The notes under the pieces were generated by a model. It ran no database searches. It worked only from the letters and a program-made list of their open reading frames with translations, and had not been told where the DNA came from. From assembly GCA_964404795.1 (NCBI GenBank), contig CAYOLI010000003.1:31621-95620 (forward strand): a stretch of 64,000 nt of DNA. Direction: 5' to 3'. Of this stretch, positions 24,181 through 33,299 are shown one piece after another (the first letter of the stretch is position 1; the number at the start of each line of letters is the position of its first letter). A program made the position numbers and the translations under genes. The stretch is from an uncultured Candidatus Saccharibacteria bacterium (GTDB lineage: Bacteria > Patescibacteriota > Saccharimonadia > Saccharimonadales > 2-12-FULL-41-12).

Positions 24181-26295
24181 ATGTCCGATAGTTTATTGCT
24201 GGAGTTAAACGACGAGCAAAGAAGAGCAGTCGAGACCACAGAGGGCCCAATGCTTATCTTGGCTGGTGCGGGTAGTGGTAAGACCAAAACTTTAACGCAC
24301 AAAATCGCATATCTGATATCGTCGGAGCGGGCTAGTCCATATAATATTTTGGCCGTTACTTTTACAAACAAGGCAGCAAAAGAAATGCGTACTCGCTTGT
24401 CGAGATTGCTAGGATACGATGCAGAAAATCGTTCCTGGATTCCTTATATGGGAACTTTTCATAGTGTATGCGTGACCCTTCTTAGGGCCGATGGCAGTTA
24501 TATAGGGGTGCCAAATAACTTTGTAATATTTGATGAACTCGATAGGTTAAGCGCTATCAAACAAGTTTATAAAGTGCTTAGCATCGATGAAAAAACTTAT
24601 CCATCTCGTCAAGTTGCGGGGCTTATAAGTAGTGCCAAGAATGAGATGATTACTCCAGAGGAGTATGAGTCGATTGCGTCATCGCCAATTCAAGATGTTG
24701 CCTCTAAAGTATATCCTAGGTATCAGACGGTCCTTAAACAAGCTGGTGCCTTGGATTTTGATGATTTGATTGCCCGAGCAGTTAAATTAATTGAGGGCCA
24801 TCCAGATGTAAGGTCGAAATGGCAAACCACTTTTCGATATGTATTGATTGACGAGTATCAAGATACAAATGCTGCGCAGTATAAGCTGATCCGGCTTCTA
24901 ACAAACGAAAAGAAAAACATAACTGTTGTTGGTGACGACTGGCAAAGTATTTATTCGTGGCGGGGCGCAGATTTTCGAAACATCTTAAAATTTGAAAAGG
25001 ACTATCCCAATACTAAGGTAATCAAACTAGAGCAAAACTATCGAAGTACCCAGAGCATACTAGACGCTGCTCACGGCGTAATAAGTAATAACTCCGAGAG
25101 ATCCGACAAGCGTCTTTGGACAAAATCCGGCAAAGGTCGCCCAGTACAAGTTATAAGCGTTCAAAACGAGCGGGCAGAGGCAGAATTTGTAATTCAGCAG
25201 ATAAAACGTAGCGTGGACGTTCGGGCTCGGCGTTTTAACGACTATGCTATTTTATACAGAACCAATGCTCAGAGCCGAGTTATCGAAGAGGCATGCTTGC
25301 ATTATGCACTTCCATATAAAGTGGTTGGTGGAGTTCGTTTCTATGATCGTAAAGAAATTAAGGATGTTATTGCCTATTTGCGGCTGATCTTTCAGCCAGA
25401 AGACAGAGTCAGTTTTTCTAGGATTGTTAATGTACCAACTAGGGGTATTGGTACCATATCGATAAATAAGTTTTATGCCTGGATGGATAGCAATGGTTTT
25501 ACGCTAAGCCAAGCTCTTCAAAAGGTTAACCAGTGCGAAAATATTACGCCAAAGGCGCAATCATCGCTGAGCACTCTTAATGCTTTGTTGGACGAATTGC
25601 GAGAAGTAAGCAGTGATACGACTGCATCGGGACTAATCGACTCTTTACTGAGAAAAATTGATTATCTGGGATTTTTAGATGATGGAACTATCCAGGCCGA
25701 ATCGCGAATAGAAAACGTAAAAGAGCTGTTAAGTGTAGCAGGCGAATATCGCGATGAGGGGCTCGAAGATTTTCTTGAAGAGGTTGCACTGGTGAGCGAT
25801 GTAGATGGGCAAAATGATGCTCAAGATTCGATTACGCTAATGACCTTGCACTCTGCCAAGGGCTTAGAATATCCAGTCGTATTTATTGTTGGGTTAGAAG
25901 AGACAATCTTGCCGCATTCTAGGGCTTTGTACGACCAACACGAGATGGAGGAAGAGAGAAGGTTGTGCTATGTCGGCATGACCAGGGCAAAACAGGAGTT
26001 AATAATGACTCATGCTAACTCGCGTCTATTGTATGGTGGGGTGCAGCATAACCCTCCATCTAGATTTTTAGCAGAATTTAGTAGTGAGGCGGCAGACCTA
26101 GCGTTGCAAAAACCAACTCAAACGATTGATCAGCCAAGATATGTTTTAGAGCTCGCAGAGGGGGATAAGGTAAAGCACCAGCTATTTGGTATAGGTACGG
26201 TTATGGAAATTCAAAACGACACAGCTGTAATTTATTTCAAAGGCCGTGGCAGCAAAAAGTTGAGTATTGACTTCGCTCCAATTGAGAAGTTATAG
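24181..26295 (+). CDS. pcrA: ATP-dependent DNA helicase, UvrD/PcrA family
   Basis: LNDEQRRAV, the P-loop AGAGSGKTKTLT, VLIDEYQDTN, LEQNYRST and LMTLHSAKGLEYPVVF. Confidence 0.9.
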   Translation: MSDSLLLELNDEQRRAVETTEGPMLILAGAGSGKTKTLTHKIAYLISSERASPYNILAVTFTNKAAKEMRTRLSRLLGYDAENRSWIPYMGTFHSVCVTLLRADGSYIGVPNNFVIFDELDRLSAIKQVYKVLSIDEKTYPSRQVAGLISSAKNEMITPEEYESIASSPIQDVASKVYPRYQTVLKQAGALDFDDLIARAVKLIEGHPDVRSKWQTTFRYVLIDEYQDTNAAQYKLIRLLTNEKKNITVVGDDWQSIYSWRGADFRNILKFEKDYPNTKVIKLEQNYRSTQSILDAAHGVISNNSERSDKRLWTKSGKGRPVQVISVQNERAEAEFVIQQIKRSVDVRARRFNDYAILYRTNAQSRVIEEACLHYALPYKVVGGVRFYDRKEIKDVIAYLRLIFQPEDRVSFSRIVNVPTRGIGTISINKFYAWMDSNGFTLSQALQKVNQCENITPKAQSSLSTLNALLDELREVSSDTTASGLIDSLLRKIDYLGFLDDGTIQAESRIENVKELLSVAGEYRDEGLEDFLEEVALVSDVDGQNDAQDSITLMTLHSAKGLEYPVVFIVGLEETILPHSRALYDQHEMEEERRLCYVGMTRAKQELIMTHANSRLLYGGVQHNPPSRFLAEFSSEAADLALQKPTQTIDQPRYVLELAEGDKVKHQLFGIGTVMEIQNDTAVIYFKGRGSKKLSIDFAPIEKL

Positions 26296-26378
26296 GGGTC
26301 AGCTTTAGCAATATGTGGTAAAATGAGTTCTCTAGGGTCGGTTTTTTTAATGTTTTTTCTCCTTAGATCGTTCAATAT

Positions 26379-27566
26379 ATGAGTAAATTGAGTAGCCAAA
26401 ATAAGCCCAAGCTTACAATTAGCAAAGGTTTTTTCTCTCGAAATTGGCATAAGCACCCGTTTGCAATACCTGTTATAACCCTCTTGGTCTTGATGTTAAT
26501 TTCGATGTCGAGCTTTTTAGTATTCGGGGGTCAAACCATTGCTTCGGGCGATAGGCGGGTTGTTCAGCTGTTTATTGATGGCAAAAAGCAAACCATTCCT
26601 ACAAGTGCCGATAGTGTTGGCGAACTGTTAAGTCGGCTTGATATTACGCTTAGAGAAGGTGATGTGGTTGAGCCCGCGAAAGATGTGCCAATATCGACAG
26701 ATAATTTTAGCATAAATGTTTACAAATCTCGGCCAGTTCAAATAGTCGATAGTAATGGCAAAATAACCTCGGCGCATATTGCTGATCGTAAGCCAGCAGA
26801 TATTGTAAAAAAAGCAGGTATCAATTTGTTTCCAGAAGATGAAGTCGCGATTGCTCCTCCGGATGAGTTGATGGAGAAGGGCATTATTGGTGATAAAGTC
26901 GTAATAAAACGTGCCCTGCCAGTAACACTAAGTTTATACGGATCCACCTACTCGGTTCGCACGCAGGCGGAAACTGTTGCAGATCTAGCAAAAGAACGAG
27001 GTATAAGTTACGACAACGCTTCAATTTTGCCTAGTCCCGAAACTAAATTAAAAGCAAACGATGTGGTGTTTGTGACAGAACCAGGCAAACAAATTACAAC
27101 AGTCGAAGAAGAAATACCGCAAACCGTGCAGTATGTAATGAGTGTCGATGTTGAGGCAGGCAAAACTCAGGTTAGAGAGGAAGGTAGCCCTGGTAAGAAG
27201 GTTGTTGTTTATGAGGTAGCCAAGGACGGGTCGAAACGAGCCCTTCAAGAGATTATAGTATTACAACCAGTACGTAAGCTAGTTGCCAAAGGCGCGGCAA
27301 AAAATAATTTTAACGGTGATTTTAATTCAGCTCTCGCAAGATTGCGTAGCTGTGAAGGGAGCTATTCTAGTAGTACTGGTAACGGCTACTACGGAGCGTA
27401 TCAGTTCGATATTAGGACATGGAATAATTATGGTGGCTATCCAAATGCTGCTGCTGCTCCACCGATGGTGCAAGATCAAAAAGCATGGGAAACTTACCAA
27501 AGACGTGGTTGGCAACCGTGGCCTACCTGCAGTATTAAAATGGGCTTGCAAGATGTATATAGGTAA
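26379..27566 (+). CDS. RpfB-like protein (TM anchor, DUF348 repeats, G5 domain, Rpf/transglycosylase-like domain)
   Basis: N-terminal TM helix. G5-like EEEIPQTVQYV...VREEGSPGKKVVVYEV. C-terminal CEGSYSSSTGNGYYGAYQFDIRTWNNYGG...QPWPTC matches the Rpf catalytic-domain pattern. Confidence 0.75.
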   Translation: MSKLSSQNKPKLTISKGFFSRNWHKHPFAIPVITLLVLMLISMSSFLVFGGQTIASGDRRVVQLFIDGKKQTIPTSADSVGELLSRLDITLREGDVVEPAKDVPISTDNFSINVYKSRPVQIVDSNGKITSAHIADRKPADIVKKAGINLFPEDEVAIAPPDELMEKGIIGDKVVIKRALPVTLSLYGSTYSVRTQAETVADLAKERGISYDNASILPSPETKLKANDVVFVTEPGKQITTVEEEIPQTVQYVMSVDVEAGKTQVREEGSPGKKVVVYEVAKDGSKRALQEIIVLQPVRKLVAKGAAKNNFNGDFNSALARLRSCEGSYSSSTGNGYYGAYQFDIRTWNNYGGYPNAAAAPPMVQDQKAWETYQRRGWQPWPTCSIKMGLQDVYR

Positions 27567-27572
27567 ACTCGC

Positions 27573-28361
27573 ATGAATTTACCAAAAAAATCACTAGGCC
27601 AACACTGGTTGAACGACAAAAGTAGCTTAATAGCAATGTGTAATGCCGGAATGTTGAAAGTTAACGATGTCGTTTTAGAGATTGGTCCTGGTCCGGGGGC
27701 ACTCACAAAACTGCTAGTTGAGCGTGCAAAGCAGGTTTATGCTGTTGAGTTCGATAGAGTGCTAGCCGAAAGTTTGCCCAGCAAAGTCGATGCGAATAAT
27801 TTAGTGGTTATAAACCAGGATTTTTTAAAATTTGATCTTAATACTCTACCAAGTATATATAAGGTCGTTGCGAATATTCCCTATTACTTGAGCGGAGAGA
27901 TTGTTAGGGTTCTTTGCGAGTCTGCCAATCCTCCAAAACTAGCCGCCTTACTGGTTCAAAAAGAAGTTGCCCAGAGGATGTCTGCATTACCTGGGGATTT
28001 GTCAATCTTGGGGGTAACCACTCAAATGTATTACCAAGTAGATGCGTTAGAGATAGTCAAAAAAGAACTATTTTGGCCTATACCAAAGGTGGACTCTCAG
28101 ATAATTCGTTTAACTAAAAGACCTTATCCGCTCTTTGAGGGTATAGATAAGCAGTCTTTGTTTAGAGTTGTTAAGGCGGGTTTTAGTAACAAAAGAAAAA
28201 CCTTGATTAACTCGCTTGCGGGGTTATACCATGATAAGTCAGAAATACAACAGATAGTTTTAGAAATGGAATTGCTTCCAACTGTTAGAGCTCAAGAGCT
28301 GACACTTCAGCAATGGATTTTGCTATGTAAGTCGCTGTACTCCCCCACCACAATTACTTAA
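27573..28361 (+). CDS. rsmA: 16S rRNA (adenine1518/1519-N6)-dimethyltransferase
   Basis: LGQHWL, the SAM motif VLEIGPGPGALT and ANIPYYLS. Confidence 0.9.
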   Translation: MNLPKKSLGQHWLNDKSSLIAMCNAGMLKVNDVVLEIGPGPGALTKLLVERAKQVYAVEFDRVLAESLPSKVDANNLVVINQDFLKFDLNTLPSIYKVVANIPYYLSGEIVRVLCESANPPKLAALLVQKEVAQRMSALPGDLSILGVTTQMYYQVDALEIVKKELFWPIPKVDSQIIRLTKRPYPLFEGIDKQSLFRVVKAGFSNKRKTLINSLAGLYHDKSEIQQIVLEMELLPTVRAQELTLQQWILLCKSLYSPTTIT

Positions 28362-28374
28362 CGTGTTAAGTAAT
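28353..28374. promoter_or_regulatory. Perfect 10-bp inverted repeat; candidate MarR operator or weak rsmA terminator
   Basis: ATTACTTAAC-GT-GTTAAGTAAT spans the rsmA stop codon, followed by TTTT. It lies 36 nt upstream of the MarR-family gene. Confidence 0.45.
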
Positions 28375-28409
28375 TTTATATTATCTGTTTTTTTGTTACT
28401 ATTTTTGGT

Positions 28410-28826
28410 ATGGATGACGGCAACATTGGCTACCTTCTCCATCGGATATCTTTTGGGTTAAATTATCGTTCTAATTCTATACTAAAAAAGCAGTTAAACA
28501 TTGGTTTTTCGCAGTTTAAAATACTACTTGTATTGTTAGGGCGCAATAAGTGTTCGCAGAAAGATATTGCTAGCGCACTTACTCAAAGTGAGGCAAGCAT
28601 AAGTCGTCAAGTCAAAAAAATGACCAAACTCGGACTATTAGAGCCCGAGCTTAACTTGTCCGATAGACGTACTAAACATACTGGTCTGACCAAGAAAGGA
28701 AAGCGTCTTTGTGAGAGAGGGCTTATCTATCTGAATGATTACTATCAGCCAATGTTTAATCATTTAAGTTACAAAGAACGCAGTGATCTGTACAAATCGC
28801 TTATAGAGCTTAAAAATTTACTCTAA
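28410..28826 (+). CDS. MarR-family transcriptional regulator
   Basis: 138 aa. Winged-HTH region is SQKDIASALTQSEASISRQVKKMTKLGLLEPELNLSDRRTKHTGLTKKG. Confidence 0.8.
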   Translation: MDDGNIGYLLHRISFGLNYRSNSILKKQLNIGFSQFKILLVLLGRNKCSQKDIASALTQSEASISRQVKKMTKLGLLEPELNLSDRRTKHTGLTKKGKRLCERGLIYLNDYYQPMFNHLSYKERSDLYKSLIELKNLL

Positions 28827-29431
28827 AAAAGAGTGCTCCAATAATACCAAAATCTTTTTAATATTAGAGCTATGATAATTAGGTACCAACTAATTAAGAT
28901 GTCGATATGGTGTGTCTGTACAAATCGCACAATACCTTGCAAATGTTTTGGTGTTTTTAGATGTCGCTCACGTAACACATAAAGAAGTAGGTACCAAAAA
29001 AGTGGAATTGTAACTGACCAAATTACCATACAGTAAAGACAAAGCGCTCCGATTGAGTACAGCGCTTCGTATATCAACCAGTGAACAAAGACAATTGCAA
29101 ATGTAGCTCCAGCTAAGGTTGCCAGCCAAAACCAACGTTTTAATTTAGCTCCAGCAAGTAAGGTCGCTCCAATAGTGGCGATTACTGCGAAGCCAATCAT
29201 GCCAGCAAATGGAGTTGGAAAACCGAGCGCATTGGATTGGGGTGAGGTAGCTACAGAGGTGCAGCTAAAAATCGGATTAAGGTTACAATCGGGTTTGTAG
29301 TTTGGGTTAGCAAGCTGATTCATAGTATGTGAGGTTAAAATGGCGGAAGCTATAATGCCCACTACCCCAATGAAAACCAGGATGTACCCAATATTTTGCC
29401 TAAGCGTTCTTTTTTTTATATCCCTGAGCAT
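28823..29431 (-). CDS. Vitamin K epoxide reductase (VKOR)-family membrane protein
   Basis: Four to five TM helices, a loop Cys pair (KPDCNLNPIFSC) and a CxxC (CLYC). The ORF's TTG start at 29461 lies inside the ssrA terminator, so the ATG at 29431 is preferred. Confidence 0.75.
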   Translation of the reverse strand: MLRDIKKRTLRQNIGYILVFIGVVGIIASAILTSHTMNQLANPNYKPDCNLNPIFSCTSVATSPQSNALGFPTPFAGMIGFAVIATIGATLLAGAKLKRWFWLATLAGATFAIVFVHWLIYEALYSIGALCLYCMVIWSVTIPLFWYLLLYVLRERHLKTPKHLQGIVRFVQTHHIDILISWYLIIIALILKRFWYYWSTLF

Positions 29432-29460
29432 AACTTGTATCGATTTGTAGTATAGCAACA

Positions 29461-29484
29461 AAAAAACCTCACATAAAGTGAGGT
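29461..29484 (-). terminator. Rho-independent terminator of ssrA
   Basis: Minus strand reads ACCTCAC-TTTAT-GTGAGGT followed by TTTTTT, 5 nt after the tmRNA CCA end. Confidence 0.75.
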
Positions 29485-29489
29485 ACTAT

Positions 29490-29882
29490 TGGTGGAGCTG
29501 GCGGGTACTACCCCCGCGTCCATCGGATTTACTGTGACTAGCCGTCTTCGTACATAGTTTATTTAAAAAAGTTTCTTTACTATTTCGTTAATAAAAATAA
29601 ACAAAAACTAACAAGATAGTGCACTCAATATTTTTTAAGAGCAATCATTTGAGAGACGATACTCCGTAGCCAGTAGATATGACACACAAACTAATTCTTT
29701 CTGGCGAGAATTAGGTGTGGCTGTAGTGATTAAGCTACAGCTGGTGCGAAAGCTGGCATGGTAAACATGCTAGCTAATCGCTGAGTAAATGATTTTGCAT
29801 TTATTCGGTTTATCTATAACGCTGATAAGCGGTACGCAAGCTAATCTGTAAATGTCCAATGTCGAGCTTAAAATTCAGCCCC
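29490..29882 (-). ncRNA. ssrA: tmRNA (SsrA)
   Basis: 5' end is GGGGCTGAATTTTAAGCTCGAC. 3' end is GGACGCGGGGGTAGTACCCGCCAGCTCCACCA, a tRNA-Ala-like acceptor with CCA. Internal tag frame at 29798-29730: GCA... AKSFTQRLASMFTMPAFAPAVA, then TAA. Confidence 0.9.
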
Positions 29883-29955
29883 AATAACCACATTTTAGCA
29901 TAAAAAGTATCTTTTGTACAGATTATTGATGTTATATAATTATGTAAGTTTATTC

Positions 29956-31002
29956 ATGAAAAATTCCAAAATATCGGTTTTGCAGATATATTTGCTTACT
30001 ACGTTAATATCGATTGGGCTGTTGGTTTTTGTTGGACTAAAGGCCGGCTTGGTCGCCTTGTTTATAACTTTGGTTTTGGTGGGTCTCGAAATTACCTTTA
30101 GCGTTGACAATGCGGTTGTTAACACCAAAATCCTTGAAAAAATGAATCCTGCATGGCAAAAAGCATTTCTAACGATAGGCGTTGTTATTGCGGTTTTTGG
30201 GGTTAGAGTGCTCTTCCCTTTGCTTTTGGTTGCAATTGCTTCTGGTATTAGTGTGGGGCAAGTTGTAGAACTAGCGCTACATAGACCAGAAAGTTATGCG
30301 TCGGAACTGGAGCACGCACATCCGATTATTAGCGCATTTGGAGGTATTTTCTTGTTTATGATTTTTCTAGATTTTTTCTTTGAGAGCCGACGAACAAAAT
30401 GGTTGGTTCGGCTAGAAACAATTCTTGAAAAAGCCGGAAAGCTAGAAAGTATTAGTGTAGTTTTGGCTTTGGTTGTACTGCTGACAATTAGTATTACTCT
30501 GCCCTACGAAATACAACACATGACTCTTCTGAGTGGTTTGATAGGTCTGGCAGTTTATCTGATGATTAATTCTCTCGATACTCTGCTTGAAAAATCAAAT
30601 ATAAACAAAGAGTTACAAGCTAGCTCAAAGTCAGCGTTTAAGGCCGGTCTAATTGGTTTTTTGTACCTAAACGTATTAGACGCAAGTTTTAGTTTGGACG
30701 GAGTAATTGGGGCCTTTGCTATAACCAATAAAATTTTACTTATTGCGGTTGGGCTTGGCATAGGAGCACTTTATGTCAGGGTAATTACAATCCACATGCT
30801 AAGTAAAGGGGTACTTAGTAGGTATCTTTATATTGAGCATGGTGCACATTATGCAATCGGTATCTTAGCAATACTAATGCTGACATCTTTAAAAGTGGAC
30901 GTTCCAGAAGTAGTGGCAGGGCTTGCTGGCTTGATTTTTGTTGGTACAGCGTTTTGGCACTCATACCTTAAGCAGTCCAAGAGTCCCGCCTCGACCAACT
31001 GA
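29956..31002 (+). CDS. TerC/DUF475-family integral membrane protein
   Basis: About 9 TM helices with EITFSVDNAVVN and a second DASFSLDGVIGAF motif. The ORF opens at 29914, but the ATG at 29956 leaves room for the ssrA promoter. Confidence 0.7.
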   Translation: MKNSKISVLQIYLLTTLISIGLLVFVGLKAGLVALFITLVLVGLEITFSVDNAVVNTKILEKMNPAWQKAFLTIGVVIAVFGVRVLFPLLLVAIASGISVGQVVELALHRPESYASELEHAHPIISAFGGIFLFMIFLDFFFESRRTKWLVRLETILEKAGKLESISVVLALVVLLTISITLPYEIQHMTLLSGLIGLAVYLMINSLDTLLEKSNINKELQASSKSAFKAGLIGFLYLNVLDASFSLDGVIGAFAITNKILLIAVGLGIGALYVRVITIHMLSKGVLSRYLYIEHGAHYAIGILAILMLTSLKVDVPEVVAGLAGLIFVGTAFWHSYLKQSKSPASTN

Positions 31003-31042
31003 GGTAGCTCTAATTGGCTAATTTTGTTAACCTAGATAGGAT

Positions 31043-32500
31043 ATGCCGAGAAAAAAAACTAAGAGTGCTACATTTTATGTAACAACTTCAATACCTTATA
31101 TTAACGGTGAACCCCACCTGGGCCATGCTATGGAGTTTATAATGGCTGATGTTTTGGCCAGATACGCTCGTCAGCAATCGAAGGATACTTTGCTTAGCAT
31201 TGGCACTGACGAACACGGTGGCAAGGTGGCCGAAAAAGCTAACGAGCTTGGGCTTGAGCCGAAGATTTTAGCAGACCAGATGAGTGCCAAATTTCGTGAA
31301 TTATCAAGTTCGTTACTTATTTCGAATGATCGGTTTATTCGTACAACTGACGAGGGGCACGAGCAAAGAGCTGCTATTATCTGGCAGAATTTAAAAGAGG
31401 ATATCTACAAAGACAAATATGTTGGCTGGTATTGTGTTGGTTGCGAAGAGTTTAAGACAGAGTCGTATGTTAAAGAAACTAATGGCATCTGTCCAGAGCA
31501 CAACCGACCTTACGAAAAAATAGAAGAAGATAATTATTTCTTTCGGCTAAGTAAATACGTACCTGAAATAAAAAAGTCGATTGAATCGGGAACTTTTAAA
31601 GTTATTCCAAGCTCAAGGCGTAACGAAACACTGGCTATTTTGAATGGTGAAGTTTCGGATATAAGCATTAGCCGTCCAAAAGATAAGATTAAATGGGGTA
31701 TAGATGTGCCGGGCGATAAAACTCAGGTGATGTATGTTTGGTTTGAAGCACTGATGAACTATATTACAGTTCTTGGGTATCCTGAACATGATGATTTTAA
31801 AAAATATTGGCCGGCAGATGTACAGGTTGTAGGTAAGGGGATAAATAGGTTTCATAGCGTAATCTGGCCTGGTATTTTGCTTGGTTTGGGGCTAGGTTTA
31901 CCAAAAATGCTATATGTTCACGGCTACATTACCGTTAATAATCAAAAGATGAGTAAGAGTATTGGTAACGTGGTTTCTCCGGCGCAAATTCTAGAAAAAT
32001 ATAGCGCCGATGTATTTAGGTATTTCTTTTTGAGACATATTCCAAGCTACGAGGATGGTGACTTTACCTGGGAAAAACTAGAAGAAATATACAACAATGA
32101 GCTAGCCAATGAGCTTGGAAACACGGTAAACCGAGTATCTGCCATGATTTTAAAATATCAGTCGGGTGCAATTGGCGAAACTCCTGATCCAGGGCATGAT
32201 GAAGCGCAGTATCATCAGGCAATTGGAGAATGTCATTTCGATCGTGCAATTGATGAAATTTGGGAGCAAATTAGAGGGTTGAATCAGTATATTGATGAAA
32301 CCAAACCATGGGAAATTTCATCAGAAAAAGATAGTAGCCACCTGCAGGAAGTTTTAGCATATTGTGTAAGTAACCTTCTACAGATTGCCGAACTATTAAC
32401 ACCCTTTTTGCCAGACACATCAAAAAAGATCAAGAATGTATTTGAAAGTGGGATTGTTAGACCTCTTGAGGGCACTTTATTCCCCAAAAGCGAAGCTTAA
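31043..32500 (+). CDS. metG: Methionyl-tRNA synthetase (short form)
   Basis: HIGH-type motif PHLGHA, KMSKS motif KMSKSIGN, and Zn knuckle CVGCEEF...CPEH. At 485 aa it has no C-terminal tRNA-binding appendix. Confidence 0.9.
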   Translation: MPRKKTKSATFYVTTSIPYINGEPHLGHAMEFIMADVLARYARQQSKDTLLSIGTDEHGGKVAEKANELGLEPKILADQMSAKFRELSSSLLISNDRFIRTTDEGHEQRAAIIWQNLKEDIYKDKYVGWYCVGCEEFKTESYVKETNGICPEHNRPYEKIEEDNYFFRLSKYVPEIKKSIESGTFKVIPSSRRNETLAILNGEVSDISISRPKDKIKWGIDVPGDKTQVMYVWFEALMNYITVLGYPEHDDFKKYWPADVQVVGKGINRFHSVIWPGILLGLGLGLPKMLYVHGYITVNNQKMSKSIGNVVSPAQILEKYSADVFRYFFLRHIPSYEDGDFTWEKLEEIYNNELANELGNTVNRVSAMILKYQSGAIGETPDPGHDEAQYHQAIGECHFDRAIDEIWEQIRGLNQYIDETKPWEISSEKDSSHLQEVLAYCVSNLLQIAELLTPFLPDTSKKIKNVFESGIVRPLEGTLFPKSEA

Positions 32501-32504
32501 GGAC

Positions 32505-33293
32505 ATGCAACTAATCGATACTCATACTCATATTCATTTCGATAATTATGGGCTTGATAGCGAGGAGGTATTAATTAGTGCCAACAAAGCGAACGTGGCT
32601 GGCTTAATTGCGGTTGCTTGCGACCTGGAGACCAGTAGAGCTGGTCTTGATTTTGCGTTGACTCACCAAAATGTATGGTCGACCGTGGGAGTTCATCCAC
32701 ACGAGGCCGACCAATTCCTAGCCGATAGCGCTAACGAAAGACACCTCAAAGATTTACTAGACAACAAGATATCTAAATTAGTGGCAATTGGAGAATGCGG
32801 TCTTGATTACTTTTATGACCATTCATCGAAGGAATCTCAGATTAAATTGTTAGAGATGCATCTGCAGCTAGCAAGCGAGTATGCAGTGCCGGTTTCTTTT
32901 CATGTTAGAGATGCACACAGTGACTTTTGGCCAGTGCTAGATAATTTCAGAGGCGTTAGGGGAGTTTTGCATAGTTTTTCGGCAACAAAAAAAGAACTTG
33001 CTGAAGCGCTAAAAAGAGAACTCTATATTGGGTTAAATGGCATAATGACTTTTACTAAGGATGAATCGCAGCTAGAGGCAGCCAAGATGGTTCCCAAAGA
33101 TAAACTCTTGCTAGAGACAGATGCGCCCTATCTATCTCCAAAGCCGTTTAGAGGCAAAATATGTAAGCCGGAGTATATGGTTAAAACTGCAGAGTTTTTA
33201 AGTGATATTAGGGGTGAGGATATAGAGGCCTTGGCCACCTACACAGGGAAAAATGCGAAAACGTTGTTTGGTATTGAAATAGAGAATAGGTAA
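32505..33293 (+). CDS. tatD: TatD-family metal-dependent hydrolase/DNase
   Basis: MQLIDTHTHIHF, IGECGLDY, HVRDA and LLLETDAPYL. The ORF opens at 32436 inside metG; the ATG at 32505 matches the family N-terminus. Confidence 0.85.
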   Translation: MQLIDTHTHIHFDNYGLDSEEVLISANKANVAGLIAVACDLETSRAGLDFALTHQNVWSTVGVHPHEADQFLADSANERHLKDLLDNKISKLVAIGECGLDYFYDHSSKESQIKLLEMHLQLASEYAVPVSFHVRDAHSDFWPVLDNFRGVRGVLHSFSATKKELAEALKRELYIGLNGIMTFTKDESQLEAAKMVPKDKLLLETDAPYLSPKPFRGKICKPEYMVKTAEFLSDIRGEDIEALATYTGKNAKTLFGIEIENR

Positions 33294-33299
33294 TTTATT

